From Bacilli bacterium (GTDB lineage Bacteria; Bacillota_I; Bacilli_A; RF39; UBA660), in NCBI GenBank assembly GCA_041655535.1, contig JBBAFH010000003.1, forward strand, positions 4,081 through 68,080: DNA of 64,000 bases, read 5' to 3'. This document shows positions 1 to 9,246 of this stretch, one piece after another. Under the pieces are notes generated by a model. It saw nothing but the letters and a program-made list of their open reading frames with translations. It did no database searches and was not told the DNA's origin. The number at the start of each line of letters is the position of its first letter. Positions within the stretch are counted from its first letter, which is position 1. Both the position numbers and the translations under genes were made by a program.

Positions 1-3000
1 AATGAATTATTATCAACGTCTCTAATGTTTTTAGTAACAGTTACTTTTATTGTTCTAGTTTGTCTATACATACTATCAACTTCCGGATCAAAAATTATAT
101 ATGGACCGCTTTGTTCTAATACATTTACTTGTCTTATAACGCTTTTTTCAACACCATAATTACTTATAACTACATATTCTAATTGATATTCACCGACAAT
201 ATTAGTGTTTAAATTACCAGTTACTTTAATTAAGTGTGAAATATCACCGTCAACATCATCAATTGCCTTAGCGCCTAATTCTTGATACTTATCGCCAACA
301 AATATTTCGATTAATTCATTACCATTTAAAGTTAGGATTACTTCTGGTGCAACTACATTTACCCTTCTAGTAATCGCCTCTTCAGCACCATAATTACTTA
401 TCAACTTATATTCAACAGTATAATTACCAACAATTCCAGGTATAACATCTGATGTTATTTCAATTAAGTGAGAAATATCACCATCTATTTCATCAATAGC
501 TACTGCTCCTAATTCATTGTATGTTTCATTAACGTACATCTCAAGTGGATCATCGCCATTTAATGTTAAGGTTACTTTTGGTGCAACTACTTCAACAATT
601 CTTTTTTCAATTACTGCTTTTTCTAAATCAGGATCATCATAAATATATTCAATAGTGTATTTGCCAGCAATATTTGGATTTACTGTGCTATTAATGTGGA
701 TTCTATTTTTTACATCACCTAAAAGCTCATGAGTTGCAATAAACCCAGGTTCGCTATATTTTTCTTTAACATACATTTCATATGGATTATTACCAAGCAA
801 CTCAATTGTTACAGTTGGTTCAGTAACTTCGATTGTTCGGTATTTATATCCTGTTACTCCAAAACTATTGGTTACCTCGTATTTTATTTTGTTAGTTCCT
901 TTTTTAGTTGGATTAACATTTCCTGATATTTTTATATCACTTGTAAGGTCTCCATCTATTTCATCAAGTGCTGTTGCCCCTAATTCTTCATAAACGCTAT
1001 TTTTATATAATTTTACAAATTCATCACCAACTAAAGTAATTACTGGTGGTGGAGAGAAAACATTAACAGTCCTTGTAACCGTAGTTGTTTTTCCATTACT
1101 ATTTGTCGCACTATATTTTACTTGATATTTACCTAGTATAGAAACATTAATATTACTTTCTATTATTAATTTGTCAGTAAGATCTCCATCTATTTCATCA
1201 AAAACAGTTGCTCCTAATTCTTGATATGGTAATAAAACTCTATGCTGCATTGGGTTATCACCAATTATAGTGATTTCTGGTGGTGGAATATGGACTTCCA
1301 CATTTCTAGTAACAGTCGCTGTTCGACCATAGCTATTTTCTACTTCATAAACCACTTCATAAACACCGACGTTGTTGGTATCCACATTATTTTTAATCAT
1401 ACGAATTTTACTGGTTATATCGCCGTCTAATTCATCAGTAGCCCTAGCACCTAATTCATTATGAGCCCTACCTAAAACAACCTTTGTGTATTGGCTACCA
1501 TTTAACCATATTTTTGGTGTTGATATATACACATCAACACGTCTTGTTCTTTCAGTAGTATTACCTGCATCATCAGCAACTTTGTAGTTTATATAATAAT
1601 CTCCTTCAGTATAGACATCAACAAAACCACTGATTTCTATTCTATCAGTTAAACTAATTTCTTCACGACCACCATAACGCGGAAAATAATCAATAGCCCA
1701 CGCTCCTGGTTCTTTGTACTCTTTGGTAATTAATTGTTTCATAGGATTACTACCGTTTAAGTATATCACCGGTTTTCCATTATCTATTTTATAAGGTTTG
1801 CTCAATTTTATTCTAACATTCCCATGAATATCCCTTGCTAAAACATATACTCTATAATATCCACTAGTTTTTGGGCTTTTTATAGGAGTATTATTACTAA
1901 AGGGAGTCCTTATTAAATCCTCCAATGATGTATACAGCGGCATTCTCCAACCTTCACCAATCCACATGTACCTTAAACTATTTTCATCAACATCATATTT
2001 GTTTTTCGTAACTTCAACTAATGGGTCGTGATTATTAGCGGGCTTTGTATCACCATCTGGTGTAATTTGAATGAACGGACCATCATCAGGTAATATTTTT
2101 ATCGACCTCTGAACACTAGCTGTTGCCCCAAAACTATTTGTAACACTATATTTAATAGTATAACTGTATTGTTTTTCTTCTATAATTTCAGACTCATTTA
2201 TTTCCTTTTTTTCAACCTTGTAATCCTTATAACTTATTTTTATTGTTTTGAATTGAGTAATTAATTTTTCAATTTTGTATGTTAAATCTCCATCAACTTC
2301 ATCTGTTGCTGTTGCGCCCAATTCAGTATATTTATTTCCAATATAAACAATTGTTGGGTTGTCACCATTTAATATTATTTCTGGTCTTGGTGGTTCAACA
2401 ACTATTTTTCTTGAAACTGGTATTGCTGTTTTTCCATCCTTATTAGTTACTGTATATATTAACTCATAGACGCCTATTTCATTCACGTTCACGTTACCGA
2501 TTATCTTAATATCACTACTAATATCACCATAATATGGATCTAGTGCTACCGCACCTGGTTCAACATACTCTTGTTGTAAAGTGATTTTTAATGGATTGTC
2601 CCCATTTAAAGTTATAACAGGACTATCTTTAGGTGATACCATAATTGTTCTAATTACCATTGGAGCTTTATTACCATTGCTATCTGCAACATTATATCGA
2701 ATTTGATAAGTACCAGGCATATTAATATTTAGATTACTAGTAATATTAATTTTATCTGTAATATCACCATCTTCAGGATCATATGCCGTTGCTCCAAGTT
2801 CTGTATATGAATCACCTTCTCTTATTACGATTGTTTCTTGACCAATTAATGTTATTAATGGTTTGTTTTTTATATCAATCATATATTCTTCTAAAATATA
2901 AGGGTCATCTATTGTTCCTGTTCCTGCAAGGTATTGAACATTTTTATCAAGGTTAATTACAGGCCTTACTGAAATTACAGATGATTGAACAAGACCTGGT

Positions 3001-4073
3001 GTTACTTGTCCTATATTATTTACATACCAAGCTTTATTTGAAGTATCACTACTGGCATTCATCGTCCATTGGTGATACTTATTTTTGTATAGAAAATTAT
3101 TAATTTCACCCGCTGTATAAGCACATGGGTTTGTAGAACCACCTGTTTTGTAACTATTAACACAACTTGTATTTGAAGATGTGTACATAAAATCACTAGG
3201 ATTTATCAATCCTATCCCGCTTAACTCACTTAATCCACGGAAAAAGCCATAATTAGTTTCACTATCAATTCCCTCAGACTCACTAAATGTTTCAATATTG
3301 GTTGGATTATAAAACGGAACACCACCAATTTTCCAATTTGTTTCTTTAACATAATTATATTTATCAATAACTACTAAATTGTCTAACCAGTTATTAAGTT
3401 TATTATTTAGAGTACTTGTTTGAAATGGATTTTTACCAAATTCATCATACTGGATACCGGTTGTTGATGAGTGTAATGTACGTCCGTCTTCAATCGGAGT
3501 AGAACCCCCATTTTCAAGACCTTCAAAAACCAGTTTAATTCCACCATCATCAGTTTTTATTATTCTCCATAAAACACCATATACTGATTCTTGATCATAT
3601 CGGCCAAATAAAACCCAGTTGTTAGGATTTTCTCCAGTATAATAATCAGCACCATTTTTCTTCGTGGTGTCTTCTTTAGTATATTCGCTTGCGTTACAAT
3701 ACGTTGGACATATAATATGAGCTTTTGATTTAATTGTTTTTCCTTCTTTTTCAATTAAAACATAACCGTCACAAGCTGTTGTGTTATCTGTCGGATCAAC
3801 AACTTTTGTCACAAAGTGTTCTTCTCTTAACACTTTTAACGGAACATTTATAGTTACACCATCTTTTATTTGTCCACCTTTAACAGTTATATAATTTTCT
3901 GCAGCACGTTCTACCGATTTAGCATTTAAATCACAAACTCTTTGTCTAACAGCCCCGATAACATTGCCAATTATAGGGATAGATATTAACAAAATAATAG
4001 CAATTATAACTATCATTCCTAACAACTCAACTAATGTAAAACCTTTTTTATTGTTAAATTTATGGTTATTCAC
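1..4073 (-). CDS. Very large pilin-like surface protein, 3'-partial (runs off the window). It has a prepilin-type N-terminal cleavage/methylation signal, a ~390-aa Cys-containing globular region, and about 10 tandem Ig-like (DUF5011-type) domains
   Basis: Not in the ORF track because no stop codon lies inside the window. The reverse complement from GTG at 4073 (SD GGGGTGA at 4078-4084, in-frame TAA at 4095-4097) reads VNNHKFNNKKG/FTLVELLGMIVIIAIILLISIP, a class III signal with Glu at +5. The frame stays open for 1357 codons down to position 1. It contains ~79-aa units of the form P.ITLNGDNP......Y.ELGA.A.D..DGDL...I...G.VN....G.Y.V.Y.V....G......R.V.V. Confidence 0.85.
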   Translation of the reverse strand, partial: MNNHKFNNKKGFTLVELLGMIVIIAIILLISIPIIGNVIGAVRQRVCDLNAKSVERAAENYITVKGGQIKDGVTINVPLKVLREEHFVTKVVDPTDNTTACDGYVLIEKEGKTIKSKAHIICPTYCNASEYTKEDTTKKNGADYYTGENPNNWVLFGRYDQESVYGVLWRIIKTDDGGIKLVFEGLENGGSTPIEDGRTLHSSTTGIQYDEFGKNPFQTSTLNNKLNNWLDNLVVIDKYNYVKETNWKIGGVPFYNPTNIETFSESEGIDSETNYGFFRGLSELSGIGLINPSDFMYTSSNTSCVNSYKTGGSTNPCAYTAGEINNFLYKNKYHQWTMNASSDTSNKAWYVNNIGQVTPGLVQSSVISVRPVINLDKNVQYLAGTGTIDDPYILEEYMIDIKNKPLITLIGQETIVIREGDSYTELGATAYDPEDGDITDKINITSNLNINMPGTYQIRYNVADSNGNKAPMVIRTIMVSPKDSPVITLNGDNPLKITLQQEYVEPGAVALDPYYGDISSDIKIIGNVNVNEIGVYELIYTVTNKDGKTAIPVSRKIVVEPPRPEIILNGDNPTIVYIGNKYTELGATATDEVDGDLTYKIEKLITQFKTIKISYKDYKVEKKEINESEIIEEKQYSYTIKYSVTNSFGATASVQRSIKILPDDGPFIQITPDGDTKPANNHDPLVEVTKNKYDVDENSLRYMWIGEGWRMPLYTSLEDLIRTPFSNNTPIKSPKTSGYYRVYVLARDIHGNVRIKLSKPYKIDNGKPVIYLNGSNPMKQLITKEYKEPGAWAIDYFPRYGGREEISLTDRIEISGFVDVYTEGDYYINYKVADDAGNTTERTRRVDVYISTPKIWLNGSQYTKVVLGRAHNELGARATDELDGDITSKIRMIKNNVDTNNVGVYEVVYEVENSYGRTATVTRNVEVHIPPPEITIIGDNPMQHRVLLPYQELGATVFDEIDGDLTDKLIIESNINVSILGKYQVKYSATNSNGKTTTVTRTVNVFSPPPVITLVGDEFVKLYKNSVYEELGATALDEIDGDLTSDIKISGNVNPTKKGTNKIKYEVTNSFGVTGYKYRTIEVTEPTVTIELLGNNPYEMYVKEKYSEPGFIATHELLGDVKNRIHINSTVNPNIAGKYTIEYIYDDPDLEKAVIEKRIVEVVAPKVTLTLNGDDPLEMYVNETYNELGAVAIDEIDGDISHLIEITSDVIPGIVGNYTVEYKLISNYGAEEAITRRVNVVAPEVILTLNGNELIEIFVGDKYQELGAKAIDDVDGDISHLIKVTGNLNTNIVGEYQLEYVVISNYGVEKSVIRQVNVLEQSGPYIIFDPEVDSMYRQTRTIKVTVTKNIRDVDNNS
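115..2866 (-). repeat. Tandem coding repeats with a period of about 235-240 nt (~79 aa Ig-like modules), about 10 copies. They are interrupted at ~1790-2100 by a different beta-rich module
   Basis: The ELGA/EPGA motif (plus-strand gc.cctaattc / cctggttc) recurs at ~270, 505, 745, 975, 1210, 1450, 1705, 2315, 2555 and 2795. Copies have diverged at the DNA level. A module starting GP(F/Y)I occurs at ~2100 and again at ~100. Confidence 0.8.
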
Positions 4074-4166
4074 AACATCACCCCAATACACTTTTTATAA
4101 TTAATAATAATTCATAAAAAGTAACATTCTATCCTTAGTTTGTATATATATCATACCATAAATTCA

Positions 4167-4200
4167 TAAAAAAAAGGAAATAATTTATAAGTTATTTCCT
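4167..4200 (-). terminator. Rho-independent terminator after the secA-trx-PH operon
   Basis: Stem AGGAAATAA (4175-4183) pairs with TTATTTCCT (4192-4200), followed on the minus strand by a T-run (plus-strand A-run 4167-4174). An extended -10 (TGGTATGAT, minus strand) for the pilin-like gene follows. Confidence 0.6.
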
Positions 4201-4643
4201 TTTATATTTAATTCTCTATAAAGTTTTCTTTTTTCTTTCATCATATAATCGGTAAAAATATTTTCTATTTCTGGAAGGGCTCTCTTTTGAACATTTGATA
4301 AAGTTACCACTTCTTTAATTGTATCTATATGAACTGAACCCCATAAAATTCCCATTTGTACCTTTAAATCATTGAACATATCGGGCGTAATTGCGGTAAA
4401 GAAATATCCAAAGAAAACTCTTTTTTGACCTAATAAAATCCGTTTATCAGTAAGTGCAATTACATATGTTGTAAATATATCTAGGTGACTAGCGTTCTTT
4501 TGAGCCGCAAAAGCATATTTTACGTGTTCATCCTCATTTAAGTGAATATCAATAACTTTAGAATGTGCCTTTAATCTCCATGATATTGTCCATGGATATT
4601 TTTGTTTAAACTCTCTTACTTTTGAGTATACTTCACCTTGCAT
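4185..4643 (-). CDS. Bacterial PH-domain protein (YokE-like, bPH family)
   Basis: 152-aa ORF. The segment YVIALTDKRILLGQKRVFFGYFFTAITPDMFNDLKV...GSVHIDTIKEVVTLSNV resembles the bacterial PH fold family. Recognised by eye only. Confidence 0.5.
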   Translation of the reverse strand: MQGEVYSKVREFKQKYPWTISWRLKAHSKVIDIHLNEDEHVKYAFAAQKNASHLDIFTTYVIALTDKRILLGQKRVFFGYFFTAITPDMFNDLKVQMGILWGSVHIDTIKEVVTLSNVQKRALPEIENIFTDYMMKEKRKLYRELNIKGNNL

Positions 4644-4662
4644 ACTAAGCCCTCCTTCTTAA

Positions 4663-5499
4663 TTATTTAATAAATCCTTGTTCTTTAAATAATTCAATAT
4701 AATTTGCTTCTTCAGCTAATCCTACAATATTATCAAGTTCCTTATTATCCTGAACAATCATTGTATGCGGAGTACCAAACTCTTCCATACCAAATCCTTC
4801 AAGAGTTTCAATAAATGCAGTATATTCATCATTGTCAGAAATCTCATTAATTTCAATAACATTGATAGTAATTTCTTTTTCTTTTGCTATTTTATTTAAA
4901 ATTGGTTTTGCTGCAGTACAATATGAACATGTGGTTTGACTTAAAACAACAATACTTTTTTCTTTGTTCTTAACTAATTCTAAATACTCTTTAACATCAA
5001 TAAAGTTTAAATCAGCAGTGCTTTCATTGTTTGCTTTTTCATCTGTTATTTCTTTAGGTTCAGCGTCTTTATCTAAAAATTCACTTTCTTTTAATTGTTC
5101 AATTAATTGATCAGCATTTAAATACCCAGCTTTCCCAAAAACCTTTTCACCTTTATTACTAATAACTAAATAAGGTGTTCCAAAATCTTCTTCATCAATA
5201 TTGAAACTACTAAGTAAATCTGCTCGTTGTTGACTTGTCAAATCTAATATATCTATATAAGTATATTCAAAATCATATTTTCTTGATGTATCATCTATAA
5301 TAGGATTAAATTGAGCACAATAACTACAATCAGAGCTACCAATATAAATTAAACTACTTTTCTCGTTTTTATAAGTTTGATTAACATAATCAATAATTTT
5401 TTTACCATTAGTATGTTTAATATACATTGATAATGGTAAAAGTGCCACGATAGCACATATCACTAATAAGGTTATTGTTATTTTTTTTGTTTCATTCAT
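4663..5499 (-). CDS. Membrane-anchored protein with two thioredoxin-fold domains (two CSYC active sites)
   Basis: N-terminal TM helix (ITITLLVICAIVALLPLSMYI). Two CxxC motifs sit in Trx-like contexts: SSDCSYCAQFNP and QTTCSYCTAAKP, each followed by a GTP motif. Confidence 0.7.
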   Translation of the reverse strand: MNETKKITITLLVICAIVALLPLSMYIKHTNGKKIIDYVNQTYKNEKSSLIYIGSSDCSYCAQFNPIIDDTSRKYDFEYTYIDILDLTSQQRADLLSSFNIDEEDFGTPYLVISNKGEKVFGKAGYLNADQLIEQLKESEFLDKDAEPKEITDEKANNESTADLNFIDVKEYLELVKNKEKSIVVLSQTTCSYCTAAKPILNKIAKEKEITINVIEINEISDNDEYTAFIETLEGFGMEEFGTPHTMIVQDNKELDNIVGLAEEANYIELFKEQGFIK

Positions 5500-5510
5500 T
5501 TAATACACCT

Positions 5511-8003
5511 CTATTTTCCATGGCAATGTTTATATTTTTTTCCACTTCCACATGGACATAATTCATTGCGTCCTGTTTTTTCAACTTTTTTAGGAGTTCT
5601 TTTAACTGGTTTATCACCATCATTAGCTACTTCTGTTTCAACAACTTTCTTTCTTTCGATATTTTGTCTAATTTCAGAATTTAATAAATATAATGTAATT
5701 TCACGATCAATTGTGTTTAACAGGTTATCAAACATTTCATAACCTTCATTAGTATAAGCTCTTAAAGGATTTTCTTGTGCATATCCTCGTAAGTGAATTC
5801 CTTCTTTTAAATGAGCCATAGTATTAATATGTTCCATCCAATACGTATCAATTACACGAAGGGCGATTGCCTTTTCAAATTCACTCTTAATTTCTTCTGG
5901 AACACTAGATACCTTTTTATCATATTCAGCAATCATTTTTTCAGAAATATAATAAACTATATCATCAGGCAATTTATCTTTTATTTCATCAATAGTAATC
6001 GCATTTCTTAAAAATTTGGTGTTAACCATTTCTAAAATTTCAGATAAATCTGTATCAGTTAAAATCGTAGTTTCCACTAAGTGACTCATAACTAATTCAT
6101 CAACATAATTAGTGAAATTGTCAGCAACCATTTCATATATTGACGGAAAGTCTAATATTTCATTTCTTTTTTCATAAATAATCTTACGTTGTTGATTAAT
6201 AACATCATCATATTGTAATAAAGTTTTTCGAACATCGAAGTTATTTCCTTCAACTCGACGTTGTGCAGATTCAATCATCTTAGCAAACATTGAATTACGA
6301 AGCGATAACTCTCCATCAAAACCAACTTTTTGTAGCATCACTTTAGCGCGATCAGTTCCAAAGCGAACCATTAAATCATCTTCAAATGAAACACAGAATT
6401 GTGACATCCCAGGGTCACCTTGACGACCAGAACGTCCTCTTAACTGATTATCAATTCTTCTTGATTCATGTCTTTCGGTACCTATAACACAAAGACCACC
6501 AATTTCTTTTACTTCAGCACTTAATTTAATGTCAGTACCACGACCAGCCATATTAGTAGCAATTGTTATTGCACCTTTTTGACCAGCATTAGCAATTATT
6601 TCTGCTTCTCTCGCATGATTTTTAGCATTTAAGATTTCATGTGAAATTTTTTCTTTTTTTAATAAAGAACTAATATATTCACTAGTTTCAACAGCAATGG
6701 TTCCAACTAGTACTGGTTGTCCTGTTTCATGTCGCTCTTTAATTTCTTTAACAATTGCTTTAAACTTACCATCTCTAGTAGCAAACATTAAATCTCCGAA
6801 ATCATCACGAACTACTGGAACATTGGTTGGAATGCATATAACATACATGTTATATATTTCGCGAAACTCTTCTTCTTCTGTTTTTGCAGTACCTGTCATA
6901 CCAGATAACTTTTTATACATTCTAAATAAATTTTGGAATGTAATTGTTGCTAAAGTTTTTGTTTCTTCACCAATTTCAACACCTTCTTTAGCTTCAATAG
7001 CTTGGTGGAGTCCATCAGAATAATTTCTTCCTTGCATTAAACGTCCAGTAAATTGATCTACAATAACAATTTTCCCTTCTTCAACCACATAATCGAAATC
7101 CCTTTTCATTGTGTAGTTGGCACGTAATGCTTGGTTAATATAATGAACTAAAGTAGTATTGTTTAAATCAAATAAATTTGATAAACTAAATTCTTTTTCA
7201 GCACTTGAAATACCAGTTTCATCTAAAGCAACAGATTTAGTTTTTTCATCATATATAAACCCATTATTTTCTTTAAGTGTTTTTACAAAACGATCAGCTT
7301 GAATATATAAATTCGATGATTGTAAGAAACCACCAGAAATTATTAAAGGAGTTCTTGCTTCATCTATTAATACTGAGTCAACCTCATCTATAATAACAAA
7401 ATTTAATGGTCTTTGAACTCTATTTTCGGCTTTTACAACCATGTTGTCTCGAAGATAGTCAAATCCTATTTCGTTATTAGTAGAATATAAAATATCACAA
7501 GCATATGCTTCTTTCTTCTCACTAGGAGTTAAGTCACGATGATTGACCCCAACTGTTAAACCTAAAAAGCGATAAATATTTCCCATCCAATTCGCATCAC
7601 GGTCAGCCAAATATTCATTAACTGTAATTATATGAACTCCTTCACCGGTTAAAGCATTTAAGTAAGCTGGCATGGTTGAAGTTAAAGTTTTACCTTCTCC
7701 TGTTTTCATTTCGGCAATATTGCCGTAGTGAATTGCTAACCCACCAACTAATTGAACATAATATGGCTTTTCACCAATTACACGAAATGCTGCTTCACGA
7801 ACTACAGCAAAAGCTTCTTCTTTAACATCTTCTAAAGTTTCCCCTTTTTTTATTCGTTCTTTGAATTCTTCGGTTTTATTTTTCAACTCTTCATCACTAA
7901 GTTTACTTATTTTTTTGTCGAGTTTTTCTATTTCATCAGCTATTTTTTGAAACTTTTCAAGTTCTTTGTATTCATGATCAAATATCTGTTTAAAAAACTT
8001 CAT
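5511..8003 (-). CDS. secA: Preprotein translocase ATPase SecA
   Basis: 830 aa. Contains the Walker A motif MKTGEGKT, DEVDSVLIDEARTPLIISG, and the C-terminal zinc finger CPCGSGKKYKHCHGK. Confidence 0.97.
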   Translation of the reverse strand: MKFFKQIFDHEYKELEKFQKIADEIEKLDKKISKLSDEELKNKTEEFKERIKKGETLEDVKEEAFAVVREAAFRVIGEKPYYVQLVGGLAIHYGNIAEMKTGEGKTLTSTMPAYLNALTGEGVHIITVNEYLADRDANWMGNIYRFLGLTVGVNHRDLTPSEKKEAYACDILYSTNNEIGFDYLRDNMVVKAENRVQRPLNFVIIDEVDSVLIDEARTPLIISGGFLQSSNLYIQADRFVKTLKENNGFIYDEKTKSVALDETGISSAEKEFSLSNLFDLNNTTLVHYINQALRANYTMKRDFDYVVEEGKIVIVDQFTGRLMQGRNYSDGLHQAIEAKEGVEIGEETKTLATITFQNLFRMYKKLSGMTGTAKTEEEEFREIYNMYVICIPTNVPVVRDDFGDLMFATRDGKFKAIVKEIKERHETGQPVLVGTIAVETSEYISSLLKKEKISHEILNAKNHAREAEIIANAGQKGAITIATNMAGRGTDIKLSAEVKEIGGLCVIGTERHESRRIDNQLRGRSGRQGDPGMSQFCVSFEDDLMVRFGTDRAKVMLQKVGFDGELSLRNSMFAKMIESAQRRVEGNNFDVRKTLLQYDDVINQQRKIIYEKRNEILDFPSIYEMVADNFTNYVDELVMSHLVETTILTDTDLSEILEMVNTKFLRNAITIDEIKDKLPDDIVYYISEKMIAEYDKKVSSVPEEIKSEFEKAIALRVIDTYWMEHINTMAHLKEGIHLRGYAQENPLRAYTNEGYEMFDNLLNTIDREITLYLLNSEIRQNIERKKVVETEVANDGDKPVKRTPKKVEKTGRNELCPCGSGKKYKHCHGK

Positions 8004-8096
8004 TTTTATCTTCCTTTCTTGTACATATCTATTTTATCAAAAAAAGGTAAAAAATAATAGTTTTATATAGCAAACTTATAAAAAAGGCTTTAAAGC

Positions 8097-8633
8097 CTAA
8101 TTTGTTGTTATAATACCATAATTATTATCTTTTCTCTTATAAACGATACAAATTTTACCACTTTTGTCCTCAAGATAAACAAAAAAGTCATGGTCAATTA
8201 AATTCATTTGTAAAATAGCTTCTTCTTCACTCATTGGTTTCATTTCAATGCTTTTTCTTTTAACTACTTTATTTTCTTCTTTCTCATATTCTTTATCCGT
8301 TTTAAAATTAGTTACTAATTCCTTTACATTAGCACGATTCACTTTTTTATTCATTCTAGTTTTATTTTTTCTAATTTGTCTTTCTAACTTTTCACTAACT
8401 AAATCAATTGCAGCATATAAATTTTTATCCTCTACTTCAGCACGTAGAATTACCTTGTTAAGATGAATTGTGACTTCAACTATTTGTTCAACACCACGAA
8501 TCTTAACTACAACATTAGCGGTTATATTATCAGAGTTTTCTAAATAACGACCGAGTCTCCCTATTTTATTCTCAATATAATCATTAATTGCCTCAGTTAT
8601 TTTTACTTTGTTTCCACGAATATTAAATTTCAT
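8097..8633 (-). CDS. hpf: Ribosome hibernation promoting factor, long form
   Basis: 178 aa. N-terminal RaiA/HPF domain (MKFNIRGNKVKITEAINDYIENKI) plus the C-terminal dimerisation domain (KPMSEEEAILQMNLIDHDFFVY). A terminator hairpin lies at ~8080-8098. Confidence 0.9.
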   Translation of the reverse strand: MKFNIRGNKVKITEAINDYIENKIGRLGRYLENSDNITANVVVKIRGVEQIVEVTIHLNKVILRAEVEDKNLYAAIDLVSEKLERQIRKNKTRMNKKVNRANVKELVTNFKTDKEYEKEENKVVKRKSIEMKPMSEEEAILQMNLIDHDFFVYLEDKSGKICIVYKRKDNNYGIITTN

Positions 8634-8700
8634 AATATCATCCTCCTATAATAATTATAGCACAATCAAACAAAAATATAAATAAAAACAAAAAAAACTG

Positions 8701-8913
8701 CTAAACAAGTGCAGTTTTAATTTCTATAACATTTTTTGCTTGTAATCCCTTGTCAGTTCTTACTAGTTCGAACTCAACATATTGTCCTTCGACTAGAGTT
8801 TTATAGCCAGACGACAGGATTGCAGAATAGTGAACAAAGATGTCTTCTTCATCGCTATGTTCAATAAATCCAAAGCCTTTATCGTTATTAAACCATTTAA
8901 CTTTACCTCTCAC
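8701..8913 (-). CDS. Cold-shock protein (CspA family)
   Basis: GTG start with SD AAGGGAGAG. Contains [15 protein letters not shown] and the VHYSAI RNP motifs. 70 aa. Confidence 0.95.
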   Translation of the reverse strand: MRGKVKWFNNDKGFGFIEHSDEEDIFVHYSAILSSGYKTLVEGQYVEFELVRTDKGLQAKNVIEIKTALV

Positions 8914-9160
8914 AAATAAACTCTCCCTTCTAGTATCATTACATTTTAAATATACCCTCTATGAATGCAATAATCAATAAAATGGGAAAGTCAAATTCCG
9001 ACATTTTTTTAGTTATTGCGAAAATGGATTTGTTATATAATCAAAAGATCCCGACAAAAAATATTTTACTCGTTTTTAATTTTTTTTAAATATCAAATGC
9101 TCGAAATGCCCACTTTTACGTTCAAAATGCATTTTTGATGTTTTTTTAGGACCCTTTTTT

Positions 9161-9196
9161 GCATTTGAGACACATAATCGGCCATTTGGGACATAA
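9161..9196 (+). promoter_or_regulatory. LytTR-type direct-repeat operator upstream of agrBD
   Basis: GCATTTGAGACAcataatcgGCCATTTGGGACATAA. The 9-mers GCATTTGAG and CCATTTGGG are separated by 12 bp (21-bp register) and lie immediately upstream of the putative -35. The same block recurs at 46247-46282 on the minus strand. Confidence 0.65.
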
Positions 9197-9199
9197 AAC

Positions 9200-9228
9200 A
9201 TTACAGATTAAATTTTATATGATATAAT
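9200..9228 (+). promoter_or_regulatory. Putative sigma-A promoter of agrBD
   Basis: -35 TTACAG (9200-9205), 17-bp spacer, -10 TATAAT (9223-9228). SD GAGGTG at 9234-9239. Confidence 0.5.
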
Positions 9229-9246
9229 TTAACTGAGGTGTGATAT

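Noticed and set aside
729-3754. Track ORFs 729-926 (+), 1242-1430 (+) and 3560-3754 (-)
   Set aside because: All three lie inside the 4-kb open frame of the pilin-like gene, either on the opposite strand or in another frame. They have low-complexity translations and no SD.
5811-7023. Antisense ORFs inside long genes (for example 5811-6011 and 6697-7023 in secA, 40455-41983 in gyrA, 43152-43448 in gyrB, 46376-47404 in dnaN, 29665-31605 in mfd, and 52876-53163 in mnmE)
   Set aside because: These are typical shadow ORFs of AT-rich coding sequence. They have no SD and Ser/Phe/Ile/Leu-rich translations, and they are fully contained within well-supported genes on the other strand.
8985-9060. Additional CCGACA-containing segments (8992-9003 and 9050-9056) as extra LytTR half-sites in the csp-agrB intergenic region
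   Set aside because: They match the CATTTGRGACA repeat at only about 8 of 12 positions and do not follow the 21-bp register. They are more likely part of the long csp 5' UTR and promoter.
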